This document shows positions 12,139 through 26,821 of a DNA stretch of 64,000 nucleotides, one piece after another. The notes beneath the pieces are model-generated. The model worked only from the letters and a program-made list of their open reading frames with translations. It ran no database searches and was not told the origin of the DNA. Source of the DNA: Eledone cirrhosa (Eukaryota); the NCBI GenBank assembly GCA_964016885.1, contig OZ024755.1:8928001-8992000 (forward strand), given 5' to 3'. Position 1 is the first letter of the stretch. Every line of letters begins with the position of its first letter. The translations under genes and the position numbers were made by a program.

Positions 12139-12951
12139 CATATATGTGTGTGTGAATGAATGTATGTGGATATAGATGACTATATGTTTGTGTGTGTGTA
12201 TGTATGTATATATATATATGTATATATACACACACCATCATCATTACCATCAAATGTCTGATATGTCTGAATATACATATGTGTTTGCATGTGTGTAATA
12301 TACTAGAGAAGAAAGTTTCTTTTTTTCATTTAGTGTATATGAATTATATATACATACATGTCTTCATATACGTCATCTTTTCTCACTCCACAATGTACGA
12401 CAGATGTTAGATGGTACGATAGATAAAGAAAAAAAGGAGATAATATACCTTGTGTACATATGTGCATGTGTGTGTGTAGAAGAAAAGAAAAAATAAGGCC
12501 CTAGCTAAAAAAAAGAAAAGCATGAAGGGAAGAAAGGCATAAAGCAGAAATATGTGGTAGTGTAAATAGAAAATTGTTTTATACATACCTTATGACAAAA
12601 TAATGGTTTCTAGCACAGGAATGATGAAACTTGAGGCTTTTAACCCTTTCATTGCCATATTTCTTAGGAAAGACGAAGGGGTGAGAGGACTCTTCAGTTG
12701 TCAGATACATGAAAACCTCCCTAGTGCTGGTGCTACCATAAAATTCACCCAATGTACTCTGTAGAGAACAGGAATATATGTAAGTGAGATGAAACCCCTG
12801 GTCTATCTGAGAGATCATTAACTTTGACTAATTAATGATTTCAGTCTGTAACAACCCATCCAATGTTTGTTAGCAGGGAAAATGGAAGTTAAATGAGGAT
12901 TGTAATGATGGTGAAAGCACTGCCTTATGCTGCCACATTACAGTGGCTGGG

Positions 12952-13150
12952 TGCATTTTATCATTACACCAGCACTACCACTTTACAATAAGTTGGATGC
13001 ATTTTATCATTACACCAGCACTACCACTTTACAATAAGTTGGATGCATTTTATCATTACACCAGCACTATCACTTTACAATAAGTTGGATGCATTTTATC
13101 ATGACACCAGCACTACCACTTTACAATAAGTTGGATGCATTTTATCATGG
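12952..13150. repeat. 46-bp minisatellite, ~4.3 copies
   Basis: Unit tgcattttatcattacaccagcactaccactttacaataagttgga. Confidence 0.9.
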
Positions 13151-16100
13151 CACACACACCACCATGAGCAGGATGGGTACCTTTTATACTGGCACCAACA
13201 CTATGACTTATCAACTCTAAGGCAATCATTGTGTCCTCGGCCAGACTTGGATGGTTGCTATGAGAATTGATGAGAGTGAGAGCAGGGACAAGCTATAGGC
13301 TGCTCACAAAGTAGTGGGGTGAGGTCATCACATTGTGAGAGGTGGAGGAGAGAACACTTGGTAGTTGTAGTATACTGAAAAACTTTGATTACTTGATTTT
13401 AATCTTCCAATTGAAAGAGAAATTTTCTCTCTAGGTTTGTAACCTATTTGATACCATCCTAGGCAAATCCAAATTCTGGTTCTATGAAACAAAACGACCC
13501 ATTTAAACAGACTCCTGTTTAGATTAAAATCTTACAACATAAGAACCATATGTTAAGTTACTAGATTATTAATGAAATACTTAATAATTTGAGTAAATCC
13601 TTCAAAATTCTTTCTTAATTAATTGAAATTAAATGCATTTCATTAGAAATACCAGCCAATGCCTGGCATTTAGTCAAATTTGTGTACATTAGAAATGCAG
13701 TAATGAAAGGGTTAAAGACAAGTAGACTAGGGATATCTAGGATATCTAAGAATGATGGTAAAAGAATTTCAAATGAGCATCAGTCAGTAAGATTTGGTAC
13801 CATATATATTTAATGTAATGTAGAATCAGAAAAGCAGGACAATTGTCATGAGTTGATTTAAAGAATAAAAGTGTTTAATCTAGATGTAGGAGTATTTGTC
13901 CATGAACATATACATATATACCAGGTCCGAATACAAAAGAACCAAACTCCCACTGTCACTGCCTCCATCTCTCCCAGTATTTCCATCAGAAGAGGAAATC
14001 CCTGCACAAAACACAAGAATGTGTTGGAACAGTGATCTACTTAACCAGGGCTGACCTGGAGCACAGGAACAACAAGATCAACATCAAGATAAATCCAACC
14101 ATCTCATACAAAACTAACGGGTTTTTTTAGTTTCTTTTTTAGGTTTCCTAATTCTCTTTAAGTAACCCGTAATACATCTGTCACATTTATGCTTACATTC
14201 ACAAGTCAAACAAGTAAAGTGCAACCCTGTTTGGTCATGGAGACTTTGAGTTATATCATAAAGCATAAAAAAAGATGGTTGAACTAAGCAATAACAATAA
14301 CAACAAAAATATGTAAATAAATAAGTAAATAAACTTAAGATTACAGAAATTATTAATTTAATGAAAGCAGCACTGTTCTGGTAGACTTAATGTCTAATAC
14401 TTGAGATAGAGCAAATAAATCAAAGAGTTGTTGCTTTTTAATAAGGCTATGTCAGATATGCTTGCATGAATTTCTATATGTAGGGTGCAAGCTACACATA
14501 AGGGAAAAAAATCTAGCTGTGCAGGAAGTATTAAATATCTTGGGTATTTCTGTGTGTCTGTATGGATGGGGACAGAAGGGGTGTGCTATAGTAATGTACA
14601 TGCATGCACAATAAAGATATGTGTACTTGTGTGTATGCATGCATGTAAATGCATGGTTGAGTGGATAAGGTATTGGTCTATTACCTGACAGATTTTAAGT
14701 TCAAAATCTATTGCAGTCATATTTGTTATAATTGAGAAATATACTTTGTCCATGTGTATTTGTGCATGTTATCACAAGTAGATATCTGTATGTGTCATGT
14801 TTAGAATAGGTACACTGTATCTCTATGTAAGATGTGACTAAATTGGTTGACACCAGGAAAGGCACACGCTTGTAAAACATTGTTTCAAAAAGGATCCTAT
14901 GATGGGGCCTACCACTGTACATGGGTTGGTTCATAGACTGATGAAGGTACTCTCATGGAATAACCAAATGAGGTTTATTTTTCAACATAGTCCCTGGAAA
15001 GAAACAATGCAGATATTAAATAAGAAGAGTTGAAATTAATGCATGCAAGATTTCACAGCTCTAGCATCACTCCTTCATAGCCAGCCTATGAACTATTCCA
15101 CCTACCCTCGTAAGACTAGCCTTAGCTTTTATAGGGGAAAATGACCATAAACCACTTTCTGCTGTTATTCAAGATTGAATGACATCTGATTCCAAGTTAG
15201 CCCTCATTTGATAAGCTTGCTTTCTTCCCCTCCAGGAGGAATTGACTAAAATCATTAATTATTGTATTATTACAATGGTGTTTCTAATGTGTGGCATTAA
15301 ATTGGCAGAGTCATTTGAACATCAGATAGGACTGTTTTGTGGTATTCAGTTTTGCTCTCTGTGTCCTGCATGCAAATCCTGCTGATGTTACTTTTGCCTT
15401 TCATACTTTTGAGGAGGATAAAGGACCAACAGTCCAGTACTGGGTTCAATTTTTGTTCTGTATCTCTTTTTCACATCTACTTTCTCTCTCTCTCCTTCTT
15501 CTCCTCCTCCTCCTCATCATTGAGTGGTAATATTGATCAGTGAGTGATTCCTAACATAACACAACAAAAGTTTCTCATGTGAAATTATGTTGGAAGATTT
15601 TTATTTAAATAGGAACTCTTTAAAATGAGTGGATTTGTTTCATAAAACCAGTGTCATTTGGGGGCAGGCTGGTATTCAAAAGGGTTAATCTTTTGAGCGC
15701 AAGCTGGTATTCAAATGGGTTAACCTTTTGAAGGAAGGTTAGTATCAAAAGGGTTAACCTTTTAACATACCATCCCTCTTGGGTCTATGATAAAAACAAA
15801 AAAAATATTCATTTTAAAGTCTTCATAACTATACTAAAATGTGACCTTATAATTTTATATAAGAACGTTTTTTGTTTTTTTTTCAAAACAGCTTAATAAG
15901 TTTTATTAAACCCATCCAAATTGCTTAATATTTTCAAAATTAATTGTTACATATAGGCAGTGGGTTTCCCTAGGGATCTGGTAATATGAGTGTTAATGTA
16001 TTTATTTATATTGAACTCTGGGTATATCAGTTTCAGAGTAGGTACACAACATCCCTAAGGTGATGAATTGCAGAATAATTAGAGTGATGTATTAAAAATG

Positions 16101-16594
16101 TGTCATTATTTGTTTCAGATCAGTGCGCTCAAAGTGCAAATCTATGTTGTTGTTTTTTAAGTCAATAAACTACCAGTCCTTTACTGGGGTTACTTTTTCA
16201 TATCTCTCTCTTCCTCTCTCTCTCTTCCTCTCTCTCTCTCTCTTCCTCTCTCTCTCTCTCCTGTATTCTGCTTGTAAACAGATGGGCTCTGGCCAGGTTC
16301 TAAAAACCCTAAGACTTGCTATGTGTCAGGACTGCACCCCTACAGCTCCATCAGTAGTTAAGGGACATTTACTTTACTTTTTGCACTGTCCCTACAATGG
16401 ATATAGTGCAAAAGGGTTAGCAGCAGGAAGGGCATCCGGTTGTAAACATTGCCTTAACCCTCTTACAAAGTATTTTATGAAGTAGAAATATCCAAACTGT
16501 TTCTTTGGTATTTGAGCTTTTCTCACTGTTTCTAGAGCCATTAATTTATACTAACACACTTGCATAATATTATCATTATGATGTCATTACTAAA

Positions 16595-16816
16595 GGCAAG
16601 GGATTGGCAGTATCGGTAGAGCGTCAGACACCATGATTTCTGGCATAGAGTTATGTCCTTTTACATTCTAAGTTTCAATTCCTGTCGAAATTAGCTTTGC
16701 CTTTCATCCTTACGGGCTTGATAAAATAAAGTACCAGTAATGCACTGGGGTTGATGTAATCGACTTTCCCTCCCCCAAAATTGTTGGCCTTGTGCCTAAA
16801 TCAGAAACTATTATTA
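16595..16816 (+). mobile_element. tRNA-derived SINE family 1, full copy; plus-strand relatives near 1147, 2505, 3415, 5278, 9985, 15293, 20040, 33660, 44640 and 58810
   Basis: A-box-like ttggcagtatcggtagagc and B-box-like gttcaaatcc; core tttgcctttcatcct..gataaaataaagtaccag; tail gccttgtgcc..gaaacaattatt. Confidence 0.85.
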
Positions 16817-19205
16817 CTATGATACCATTACTCAACATGTTATATGAAATCTCAATGGCTTTGCATTCATAACTAATTAATTAGTCTAAAGTTACCCTAT
16901 TAATGTATATTACATAACTAAGTATGTTTAATTAAGTGTCACTATGTTATATAACGGTTATTTGTAATTTAGTACTATGTATATTATAAATATACAGTTC
17001 TCAAATCCCTGCTGCATCAAATGGTGTGTAGAATTGGTGCATAATAACCTGAAGTGTGTAATATAAATAGTGTGTGATTTTTTTACATGTACATAAATGT
17101 TTTCATCAACACTCTTCATGGAATCCTTGACACTTTCATCAACCACAGGCATGTAGAGAAATAAATAAATAAATCGGTAAACAAAATCTAAAATAAATCA
17201 TCATCATCATTATAAGTCTGCTTTTCCCTGATTGCAAGGGTGGGACAGATCCTCTTCAGCACATCTCTCCATTTATCACAGACCTTCATTTCCTCTGTGA
17301 GCTTTAGTGATCTGAGCTCAGCTCTTCCCACCTCCACCTATGTTTTCCATGGTCTTCCTTTACTGCATCTTCCTTCCACTAGGATTACTTACATGTTAAT
17401 TACATATAACTAAAAAACATGTATAAACAAATTGTATTTTATTGTATTATCTTATGTAGTTTCATTTATTATACAAATGTCAAGTTTTTACCCCAAATTT
17501 CAATCAATTTCTTAGGTAGTAGTACCACCAACCTCTGGGAGTTGATATCAAACAAATGGGGTTGGGGTGGCGTTATGTTGCTGCTATTGTTGTTGTAGGT
17601 ACCTACTTGTAATGATTAATATTATTTAAAAGACATAAACTCATGCTATCAGTTATTAAAAATAGGGCTTAACACTTTCATTGCCCTATTTCTGATAAAA
17701 GACCCTCCCTGTGGTTTTCAAATAATTTATGAAATAATTAGATATTTGTCAAGATTCAGTAAAATAATTAATTTTCTCATTAATAAGCTGGTATGTGAAG
17801 CATAACTTAACAAAGGAGAAAGCTAGTTATTTTACTAAATCCCTCCAAATTCTTGGTTGTTTTGAAATTATTGGAATATCATAGTCAGTGTCTTTCATTA
17901 GAAATATGGTTATGAAAGGGTTAATCATTATCATAATCACGTGTTTGTGAGTATGTATGCAGGTACTTGCAGCTGTAGGTGATATGCAATGCTTACTGTT
18001 TCCTACTCCATGATTATTTGTCCATTATTATTTGTCTTATTCCAAAATATGAGGAATCTTGTTGGACTTATAAGTTACCATATTTCTTATGAAAGACAGC
18101 TTTTAATTTTCAAAGATTTTTGAAAATACTAAAATATTTGGAGGGATTTAGTAAAATAACTTCTCATTATTTAGCTGATGTTTTAGCATGGCTTAACAAA
18201 TGTTCTTACATAAAATTATATAAACATTTTAAAGCAAATAGTTTTGTATCAGGGGACAAGGGACTAAGAGGTTGTTTCAGTTGGTCTGAAATCAGAAGGG
18301 TTAATACTTTTGATATCAGAAGGTTTTGTTACCATATTCCTAACTTATGATATGCAATTCATTTTGAAAAAAAAATGAATTTAAATTAATTTAGTAAAAT
18401 AGCATTCTCACTATTTATCTGGTGTTTGACATATAACTTAAATATTCTTATATAAAATTATGATTTAAGCTTTTTAGATAAATATAAACATTTTAAAACA
18501 AACGGCGTTTGTACTGTAGAACCAAAAGTGGCTGGTGGGATGGGGTTGATTCATCCAGATTTGTATCAAAAGGGTTAAAGAACCTATCACTTTTCTGAAA
18601 AGCTCTAGTTAATTTCTTTGTGGAAATTTCCTTCATGAATTAGCTTAAGTGGCTAACTTAATGTTGTTGACATCCACATTCTGTCTGTTAGAGAGGCAGT
18701 GGGAGGAATAAGAGCTAGAATGACAGCTGAGGAAGGGAGGAGAGGGGGTTAACAGAAGGTAGGAAGTGGTGTGGAATGGTGCAGAGGGATAATGGGTGGG
18801 AGTAGTGGAGGAATGGTGACTGAAGGAAACATTGGAAGAAGTAGAAAGAAAATTTGTCATTAAAATTCCATCTTCACTTGGTGTCCTTCACTATCACCCC
18901 CCCCCCTTCTCTAAAGGCAGCAGATTAACAGAGTTCTGTGTTGTGTGTATCTGTATGCATATATATATATACATGTGTGTGTGTATGTATCTGTATATAT
19001 GTATGTATGTGAGTAACTATATGTGCATGTATGTATGTGTATAACTGTATCTGCATGTATGTATGTATGTGTATAACTATCTGCATGTATGTATGTATGA
19101 ATGTATATATGTATGTATGTATGAATGTATATATGTATGTTGTATGTATGTGTATATATGTATGTATGTAATATGTGTGTGTATGTATATGTATATATGT
19201 ATGTA

Positions 19206-19378
19206 TTAAGCACATCTCTAAAATTGTCAAGAGGGCCGAGGGTGTCTTAGCATCACTCAGCAAGACCTTTGTCAGCCGCTCTCCAGCTATCTATTTAAGG
19301 CTGTACATGGCTATGGTGCGGCCACACTTAGAATTTGCATCACCAGTCTGGAACTCCTATCTTGCTCAGAACATAGGT
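19206..19378 (+). mobile_element. CR1/L2-like LINE ORF2 C-terminal fragment
   Basis: HISKIVKRAEGVL..LYMAMVRPHLEFASPVWNSY matches the LY..LVRPHLEY...W.P motif. Confidence 0.8.
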
Positions 19379-21553
19379 TTATGACCTGTAACAAAAACAT
19401 GTGTTTGTATGATATGGCTGGAGCCTCTATTATTAAGACACCAAAGAAAGCCTTATAAGGATGACAGCTAAACCTGTATTGGTGTGTGACCTAACAAGAA
19501 CATTTGTATGTATGATAAGACTGGAGCCCCTATCATTAAGACACAAAAGAAGCCTTCTATGAGATGTAACTTCATAAGGATGCCAGCTAAACCTGCATTG
19601 GTGTGAACTGGAAATTTCAAAACTGCTCCCTACTTTCTTAAAAAAAAGAAAGACAAATTGGATAAGTTTATCTCAACCCTTTAGCATTTAAACCGGCCAT
19701 ATCCGGCAGGAATTCTCTCACCTCTTTCTCTTCAAACTGGTCATAACTGGATGCTTATGCTAATGTTTAGGTATTGTTCTCAAAATAGATAATATCAAAA
19801 TCTTGTAGATTTGATATTATGTGAGATAAAGTCTTTACTGTAAAAATACAATATTAAATATAGAGTAATGTAAATCCTAAAGGGTTAAATAAATTGTACA
19901 TAAATAAATGGTTGGTTAATAATGACTAGAACATATTTAATCATAGGTTTACTGGATTAGAGCTGACCTTGGGCTAAACAATAACAACAACTCTAATAAT
20001 TAATTAAAAATGATTAAAGAATTCTTACATAGTTGATTAATTGGAAGAGTCATTAGAAAATTGGATTAGCTGCCTTGGTATTTGTTCCATTTCTATATGC
20101 ACTGAGTTCAAATCCAACCAAGGTTAGTTTTACCATTCATCTTTTCAAAGTCAATAAATAAAGTACCAGTCCAAGGGCAGAGGATTAGCAGAATTGGTAA
20201 AGAGTTGGACAAAATGTTTTGCAGTATCTGATCTGACTCTGTAGGTTCTGAGTTCAAATTCCACCTCCTTCTACCAAAAGTTTTGAATGATTGATAGTAT
20301 CTGCACTAGAAAGATCACTCTGTAAAATGGTTAGCAATTGAACAGAAAAATAAAGGGTACAGAGGATTCTTCAGTCTTGTGAGGCATATGTAAATCTCTC
20401 TTGAGTTGGTGTCATGAAAAAATGCACCAAGTACACTCTGTAAAGTAGTCAGGCATTGAGCAGACACAATATAGGGTAGAGAAAAACACTTCAGTCTGCT
20501 GGAGCATATGACAACCCTTCTAGTACCAGGGCCATTATAAAATGCACGCTGTACACTCTGTAAAATAGTAGTACTGGTGTCATGACATAATGCACCACAT
20601 ACACTCTGTAAACGGATTAGCAATTGAACAGAAACAATATAGGGTCCAGAGAACTTTTCAATCATTCTGTACATATGACAACCTCTCTAGTGCAGATTCC
20701 ACAATAAAATGAACCCATTACTCTCTGTAAAATGGTTGGCGTTAGAAATCCAGCTGTAGAAATCATGGTTTATATGAATGAGATGAAGTGACCCCAAGCT
20801 GTCTACTCTTGGACTGTGTCAACCCGTCTAATTCATGCCAGCATTGCAGGCTAATGTAAAATGGTGATGATGATGATGAAATATATAAATGAATAACTAT
20901 TAAAGTGATGACTTAAGGGACCTTATTTAGGGATTAATATTATAATTCCTCCTGCACCCAACCTTCCTAATACTTTCACCCCCACACAACCATAAACAAT
21001 AACAATAAGAACAACAGTGATTATAATAATTACAACAACAGCAATAGCATCAACATCAAAAATGAGTTGGAGGAGAATAACAGCTGGTTAGTGATTAATT
21101 TGTTTCAGGAACTAGTGAGGAAAATGTTAGGCATGTCGTAAGTTTTATTTCAAGGTTTGACAAAGCTATAGATTTCTTGGTATTACCAAGCCTCAAGACA
21201 TAAACATATATATATATATATACACACATGTATATATACATATATTTATACATATATGTAGTTATATGTATATATATATGCATATATATATATGTATATA
21301 TATATGTGTGTGTATACATGTATATATATGTGTATATATATATGTGTGTGTATATATATGTGTGTATATATATATATGTGTGTATATATATATATGTGTG
21401 TGTGTGTATATATATATATGTGTGTATATATATGTGTGTGTGTGTGTGTGTATATAAAACTAGCTATGCTTAAGATGTACACGCATATTGAAATATACAC
21501 ATTTGTATATATATATATATCTATATGTGCGTATGTATATATATATGTATGTG

Positions 21554-21608
<55 letters not shown>

Positions 21609-21953
21609 GTGTGTGTGTATGTGTAATTAGTTATATTTTGCTTTATGTATGTTTGCACACTCACTCACACATGAACATTTGTCTAACTGAGCCCAGACAC
21701 ATGTATACACATATATGTGTTAATCATTTTGCCCCTTAAATTTAGGTCATGGGAAACATATGAGGAGCTGTGGTCTTTGGTAATTTAGCTAAGTTCATTC
21801 ATCTCTTGGAAAAGAAAATACACCCCCACATACATTCATGTATACATACATATGTATATGTGTGTGTGTGTGTGGCTGTGAGTATGTGTATATGTGTATT
21901 ATATATAATTGTTGTTGTGTATTTAAAATTTAATACATGTAAAGTCGACAGAC

Positions 21954-22005
21954 AAGCGTGACCTGTTACGATGGTTGAACTCAACCATCGTAACAGTTCA
22001 AGCTT
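21954..22005. repeat. Hairpin with a 16-bp perfect core, ~25 bp in total
   Basis: CTGTTACGATGGTTGA-AC-TCAACCATCGTAACAG, extended by aagcgtga/tcaagctt. Confidence 0.85.
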
Positions 22006-22889
22006 AACCGAAGGATTTATATATATTACATAATATCTTCACTCTACCCTCTTTAAAATATGGTGTACCAAGTTAAATAATGGCCTCACTAGTATATTAA
22101 TTAGTAGCTTCTTATCCATATATATCATCATCATCGTCATCATCATATTTACATCCACTTTTCCAGCTTTGCCTGGGTTGGATAGGTCGTTTCCAGCACA
22201 GCTTCCTTTCACCTACTGTCTTTCTATGTCTGGCTACTATGGAGTTTTTCCTATAGTCACAGGATTTTCTGATAGTCTCATGAGTGCAAAGGAGAAACTC
22301 CAGACTGACAAAACTAAAGCTTGACCTTAAAGAATATATTAGTCTCTACTATAGTACTTTCTTCATCACAAATACTAAGCATATATATATATATACACAC
22401 ACATATATATATATACTTAGGAGACGAAGAAAGTCAAATAGAACAGACATAACCTTTGCCATTTCCCCACTCACTCAATGGACAACTAATTTCAAATTAT
22501 TAAAATTCGAACTCACCTAGCCAGAGTGAATAGTTTCCTTAATCAGTGAGGAAGACAACTTCGTGAAGGTAAGATGATGTGGTACCCAGACTGCTATAAC
22601 AGTTTCCACATTCCCAACCAGCTTGTCATATATGTTATAGTATATAGAAGGCATTTCTATATAAAATAAATATGATTCTTATCTACTAACGTATTACGTA
22701 CCTTATTTATTTAATTCTGAATTTGTTCCCAATCTCCTTTCAAAAACTGAAAAACCATCCTTAATTATATATATATAAAAGTTTTATTTCTCTGATTTTC
22801 TTACTACACATTATTCTCATGCAGCTGCCACATACAAGGTCTATTTTTCTGTTAGTTGGTCTACAATCTCACCATATATATATATATTA

Positions 22890-23133
22890 TATTCTTTTTC
22901 ACCCAATTATTCCTGAGAGGATTGTGGGGGCAGATTCCTTAAGCAGGCCTTCCAGTGGGGCCAATCAGAAAGAGCTGAATCCCCAAGCGAGAGCAGACAA
23001 GCTCATGGATGTTATCCAAGCATCTTGTTCTGGGTCTCCTGCCAGTCAGTTTTGCTCATAAAATCTGTCCAGCGATTCTTATCTGAGACATTCTCACCAC
23101 ATGTCCATAATATCAGAGCTGTGATCTTTCAGT
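22890..23133 (-). mobile_element. RTE-like LINE 3' end; a shorter opposite-strand copy lies at 23719-23790
   Basis: Decayed GRPRTRWLD-like coding on the minus strand. The ggattcagctctttctgattgg..cccactggaagg block is present twice in inverted orientation. Confidence 0.55.
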
Positions 23134-26100
23134 TCATATTTATATATGATTATATTAATCATATATATAATTTTCTCTGAAGAGGTGTGATTACGATTTA
23201 TCCTGGAAATATGAAATAATCGATTGTGTAACAATTCAGGTTTCATAGGCCTAAGATATTAATTATATTGTATGGAAACACATGTTAGAATTACTAATTA
23301 TTATTAATACCTGAAATATTGAACATCAACATCTCTGCCTCAATATGCTTTATTGTGGCACTAGCACAACCAATTTATAGACTGTTGTGGATGCACTTTT
23401 ATGATGGCACCAGTACTGCCACATTACAGAGTGTACCAGCTGCATTTTATACATGAAATTTGTTGATGACACTTAGATTCTGAGGCTAGGATTGCAATAA
23501 TCAAACTCTGTATATTATGTCTCTGATGTATTAGAGAGCTGATCGTTAAGTGCTTAAATCTTCCTCGCATTGAATTTCATGTTGTTTTTGTCACCCCACT
23601 TATATATGACATTGAGGTCTTTGTGTCAGTTGTTGACATCATCGGAACTTATGATTACGTTTGCTATTTTCATGTTATCAGACTAGTGAATGAGAAATGT
23701 TCTAATACTTGTCGATGTGTGGGGATTCAGCTCTTTCTGATTGGACCCACTGGAAGGCATGCTTGAGGACTCTGCCCCCACAATCCTCTTACAAATAGTA
23801 ATATTCCTGAAACATTTCCTTGAGCTACTCCATTCAAAATTGTTCAAGGTTTCGAAACTTGACCATTTCCAGTTACTACTTGACTTCTTACCCATAATCA
23901 TTTTATTACCATATTTCTTACAATATAAAACTACTTGATTTTCAATTAGTTTTGAAAATAATAAAGTATTTGAAGTCATTTATTAATATAACTAACTTTC
24001 TCATTATTTAGCTGGTACTTGGAGTATAACTTAACAAAAGAGTTTACATAAAATTTTGAGGGAAAACAAGCAATTTTGTATCATAGAACTAGGGGTAGTT
24101 TCATGTGGATTGATATAAAAAAGGTTAAACTTTAGGCTAATGAGGCCTAGAGCCCAGAATTCATAGAGGCACATTATTGAACCTTAAAAGGTCACAGCTT
24201 TATATAGACTTGTATAATTATAACTCAAATATATAATAATTTCTTATGATCAATAAATAAATCACTAAATTTCTTTGCCATGTAGCAGTTATGTGGAAAT
24301 ATCCAAAGCAGTGGAGAGGGTTGTATGGTGTTATGACCTGCAAAATGATTTGGTGTGGGGTAGTGTGGACTGTGTAGCAAAAAATGCAGGCTCAGTAATT
24401 TTTTTTTTGTGATGAGAGCAAGTAACATCAAAAATAAGGTTCATCAGCTTATCAAATTGTAAGTTGAAATTTCTTTAAGAGAATGGGACACCAACCAGCC
24501 TTGTTGATCACCCCCGCTTTTCTCTATCTCTCTATCTCCCCCCCCCCCCTCATCTTTCTCTTTCACTTGTCTCTCTCACGCTTACTCTCTGTTACTCATT
24601 TTATCACTCACTCTCTCACATACACACTCACTCAGATGTACTCATAAACACAGTCTGTCTCTCTCTTACACACACACACACACGCTCTCTCTCTCTCAGA
24701 TATACTCATACACACACACTCTCTTTCTCTCTCTCTCTCCCACCCAAGTAGTAATAATAATATGTTAATGTCTGGTTATTGTAGTAATATCTATGTTTAT
24801 CTCATCATGTATCTACTGTTCTGTTCTGTCTCCTTTCCAGCCAATTACTAATATTTAAACAAAAAAAATATTTAAGTAATAATATTGGTCTTTATACATT
24901 CTCCATATTCTTGCCTGCCTTGTCTTCTTTGAATAGCGAAAATACAACAACAATAACAACTACAGCAGCAATCAACAACAATAACAACTACAGCAGCAAT
25001 GACAACAACAACCACAGCAACAATCACAAACAAAAATAAACTATTAAAACGTAAACAATATTCTCAATAACAAAATAATGATATCATAGTGTGATGGGGT
25101 TAGACAATGTTGTAGGTATTTTGTGTTTGTATGCAGAGCTAAAGGGGGTGTTTCGGTTATTCTTTGTTGTTGTTGTGTTAAAATAACAGTTAGACAATAG
25201 ATGTGAACATCAAAAGAAATGAAACATCAGACTACTGTGCCACCTTGCAGAAAAGTGTATGGGAAAATAATAGCCTAGTCCTTACCACATATACTCATGC
25301 CTAAAAAGTTTGTCTTTTTTGGTATCCCATTCATATAGAGCAAAACTTCCATAACTTAATCATCCTTGTAAAAAGTTCTATGTCTAAAGTTAGAAGACAA
25401 AAGCAACCAAAGAATGCATACAATACACCCTGTAAAGTGTTCATATGGGTGCCTTTTTAAAGTCCACCCAGTCCACTCTGTAAAGTGGTAATGCTTGTGT
25501 CATGGAAAACATGCCCAGTGTGCCCTGTATGGTGGTTAACATTAGGAAGGGCATCCAGCCATAGAAACCATACCAGATATGAAACAGGAGTAAGATGAGA
25601 TTATTCCAACTTATCTGGTCTCCAACCATGACAAACTCTCCAACCCATACCACCACCACCAACAACAATAATAATAACAGATCCTCTTAGAAATTTGCAG
25701 TGAACGAATAGAATGAGAAAGACAAACAGAAGGATAGAAAATTATTAACATACATGGAAGGAAGTTAGCCATGTCTCTTTGGATTTGTCCTTCACAAAAT
25801 AACATGCAAAATAATTTTCACAAATAGCATACACACACACATTTACACCAGGTCCAAACACATGGAACCAAACTAGCATGGAAAGTGGACATAAAATGAC
25901 GATGAGGAGGACGATGATGATGTAACAAATGAGGCTCTGGAAGGAATTAGATTCCTTACCAAAGGACCAACTATATTTCTTTGCTCATTAGTTGCTTACC
26001 CTTGAAGTATCCCACCCTCAACCTCTATATATCTCCACAGAGACTCACATATCTCTTAGTCTAGAATCATCAATTATAATTCGTTATTTTGCATTCATCT

Positions 26101-26678
26101 TTTCACTGTATATGCTCTACTTGTTTTGCCCTCTATTAAAACCCTTAATCCTCCCAGTACTTCAGTAGGTCATCTCCTTTATCATCACACTACTTTATCA
26201 TCAATCTCCTCTTTACATTTGCACATACATCCTGTCCTCTTTACTTATGCTATGTATCTTTGTTGATCTATTACAGCTATGTGTTAATCAGACACCACCA
26301 CCTCAGAACTACCGCCTCTACCACGATACACCACAAAGACCATCACATGATGACCATATTGAAATGCCTCCTGTCTATTCTGGTGGACTTTACCATAAAA
26401 GTATACAATCTTATATTATATAGTCTAATAATAGCTTTGTTGTTGTTGTTGATGGTTTTGTTGATATTGTTGTTCTTCAGTTTTGTTGTTGTTGCTCTGT
26501 ATTGTTGTGGTTGTTGTTGTTGCTCTATATTTTTGTGGTTGTTCAGTATTGTTGTTATTATTGTTGTTGCTGTTGTTATTGTTCAGTGCCTGTCCCTCCT
26601 CATAGTGGTGTCATCCAGTGCCGGGCTCCCAAAATGCGGTTTCGTATTGAGAAGTGTTTAAAACTGTGTGCTAAACTG

Positions 26679-26712
<34 letters not shown>

Positions 26713-26754
26713 CATTGTAAACGACTGCCTGAGTTTTGAACTCTTTATTCATAG

Positions 26755-26821
<67 letters not shown>

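Noticed and set aside
16119-16200. tttcag followed by a VRSKCKS-like peptide resembling the vertebrate linker
   Set aside because: Wrong frame relative to the acceptor, and the sequence looks like a decayed SINE family 1 copy.
16595-16690. tRNA genes
   Set aside because: A/B-box-like segments are SINE heads and do not form a cloverleaf.
22547-22568. 22-nt AG/GT-bounded segment (EEDNFVK, gtaaga donor)
   Set aside because: Begins with TGA in phase 0 and is coherent only as phase 2 to 0, which does not fit the flanking exons.
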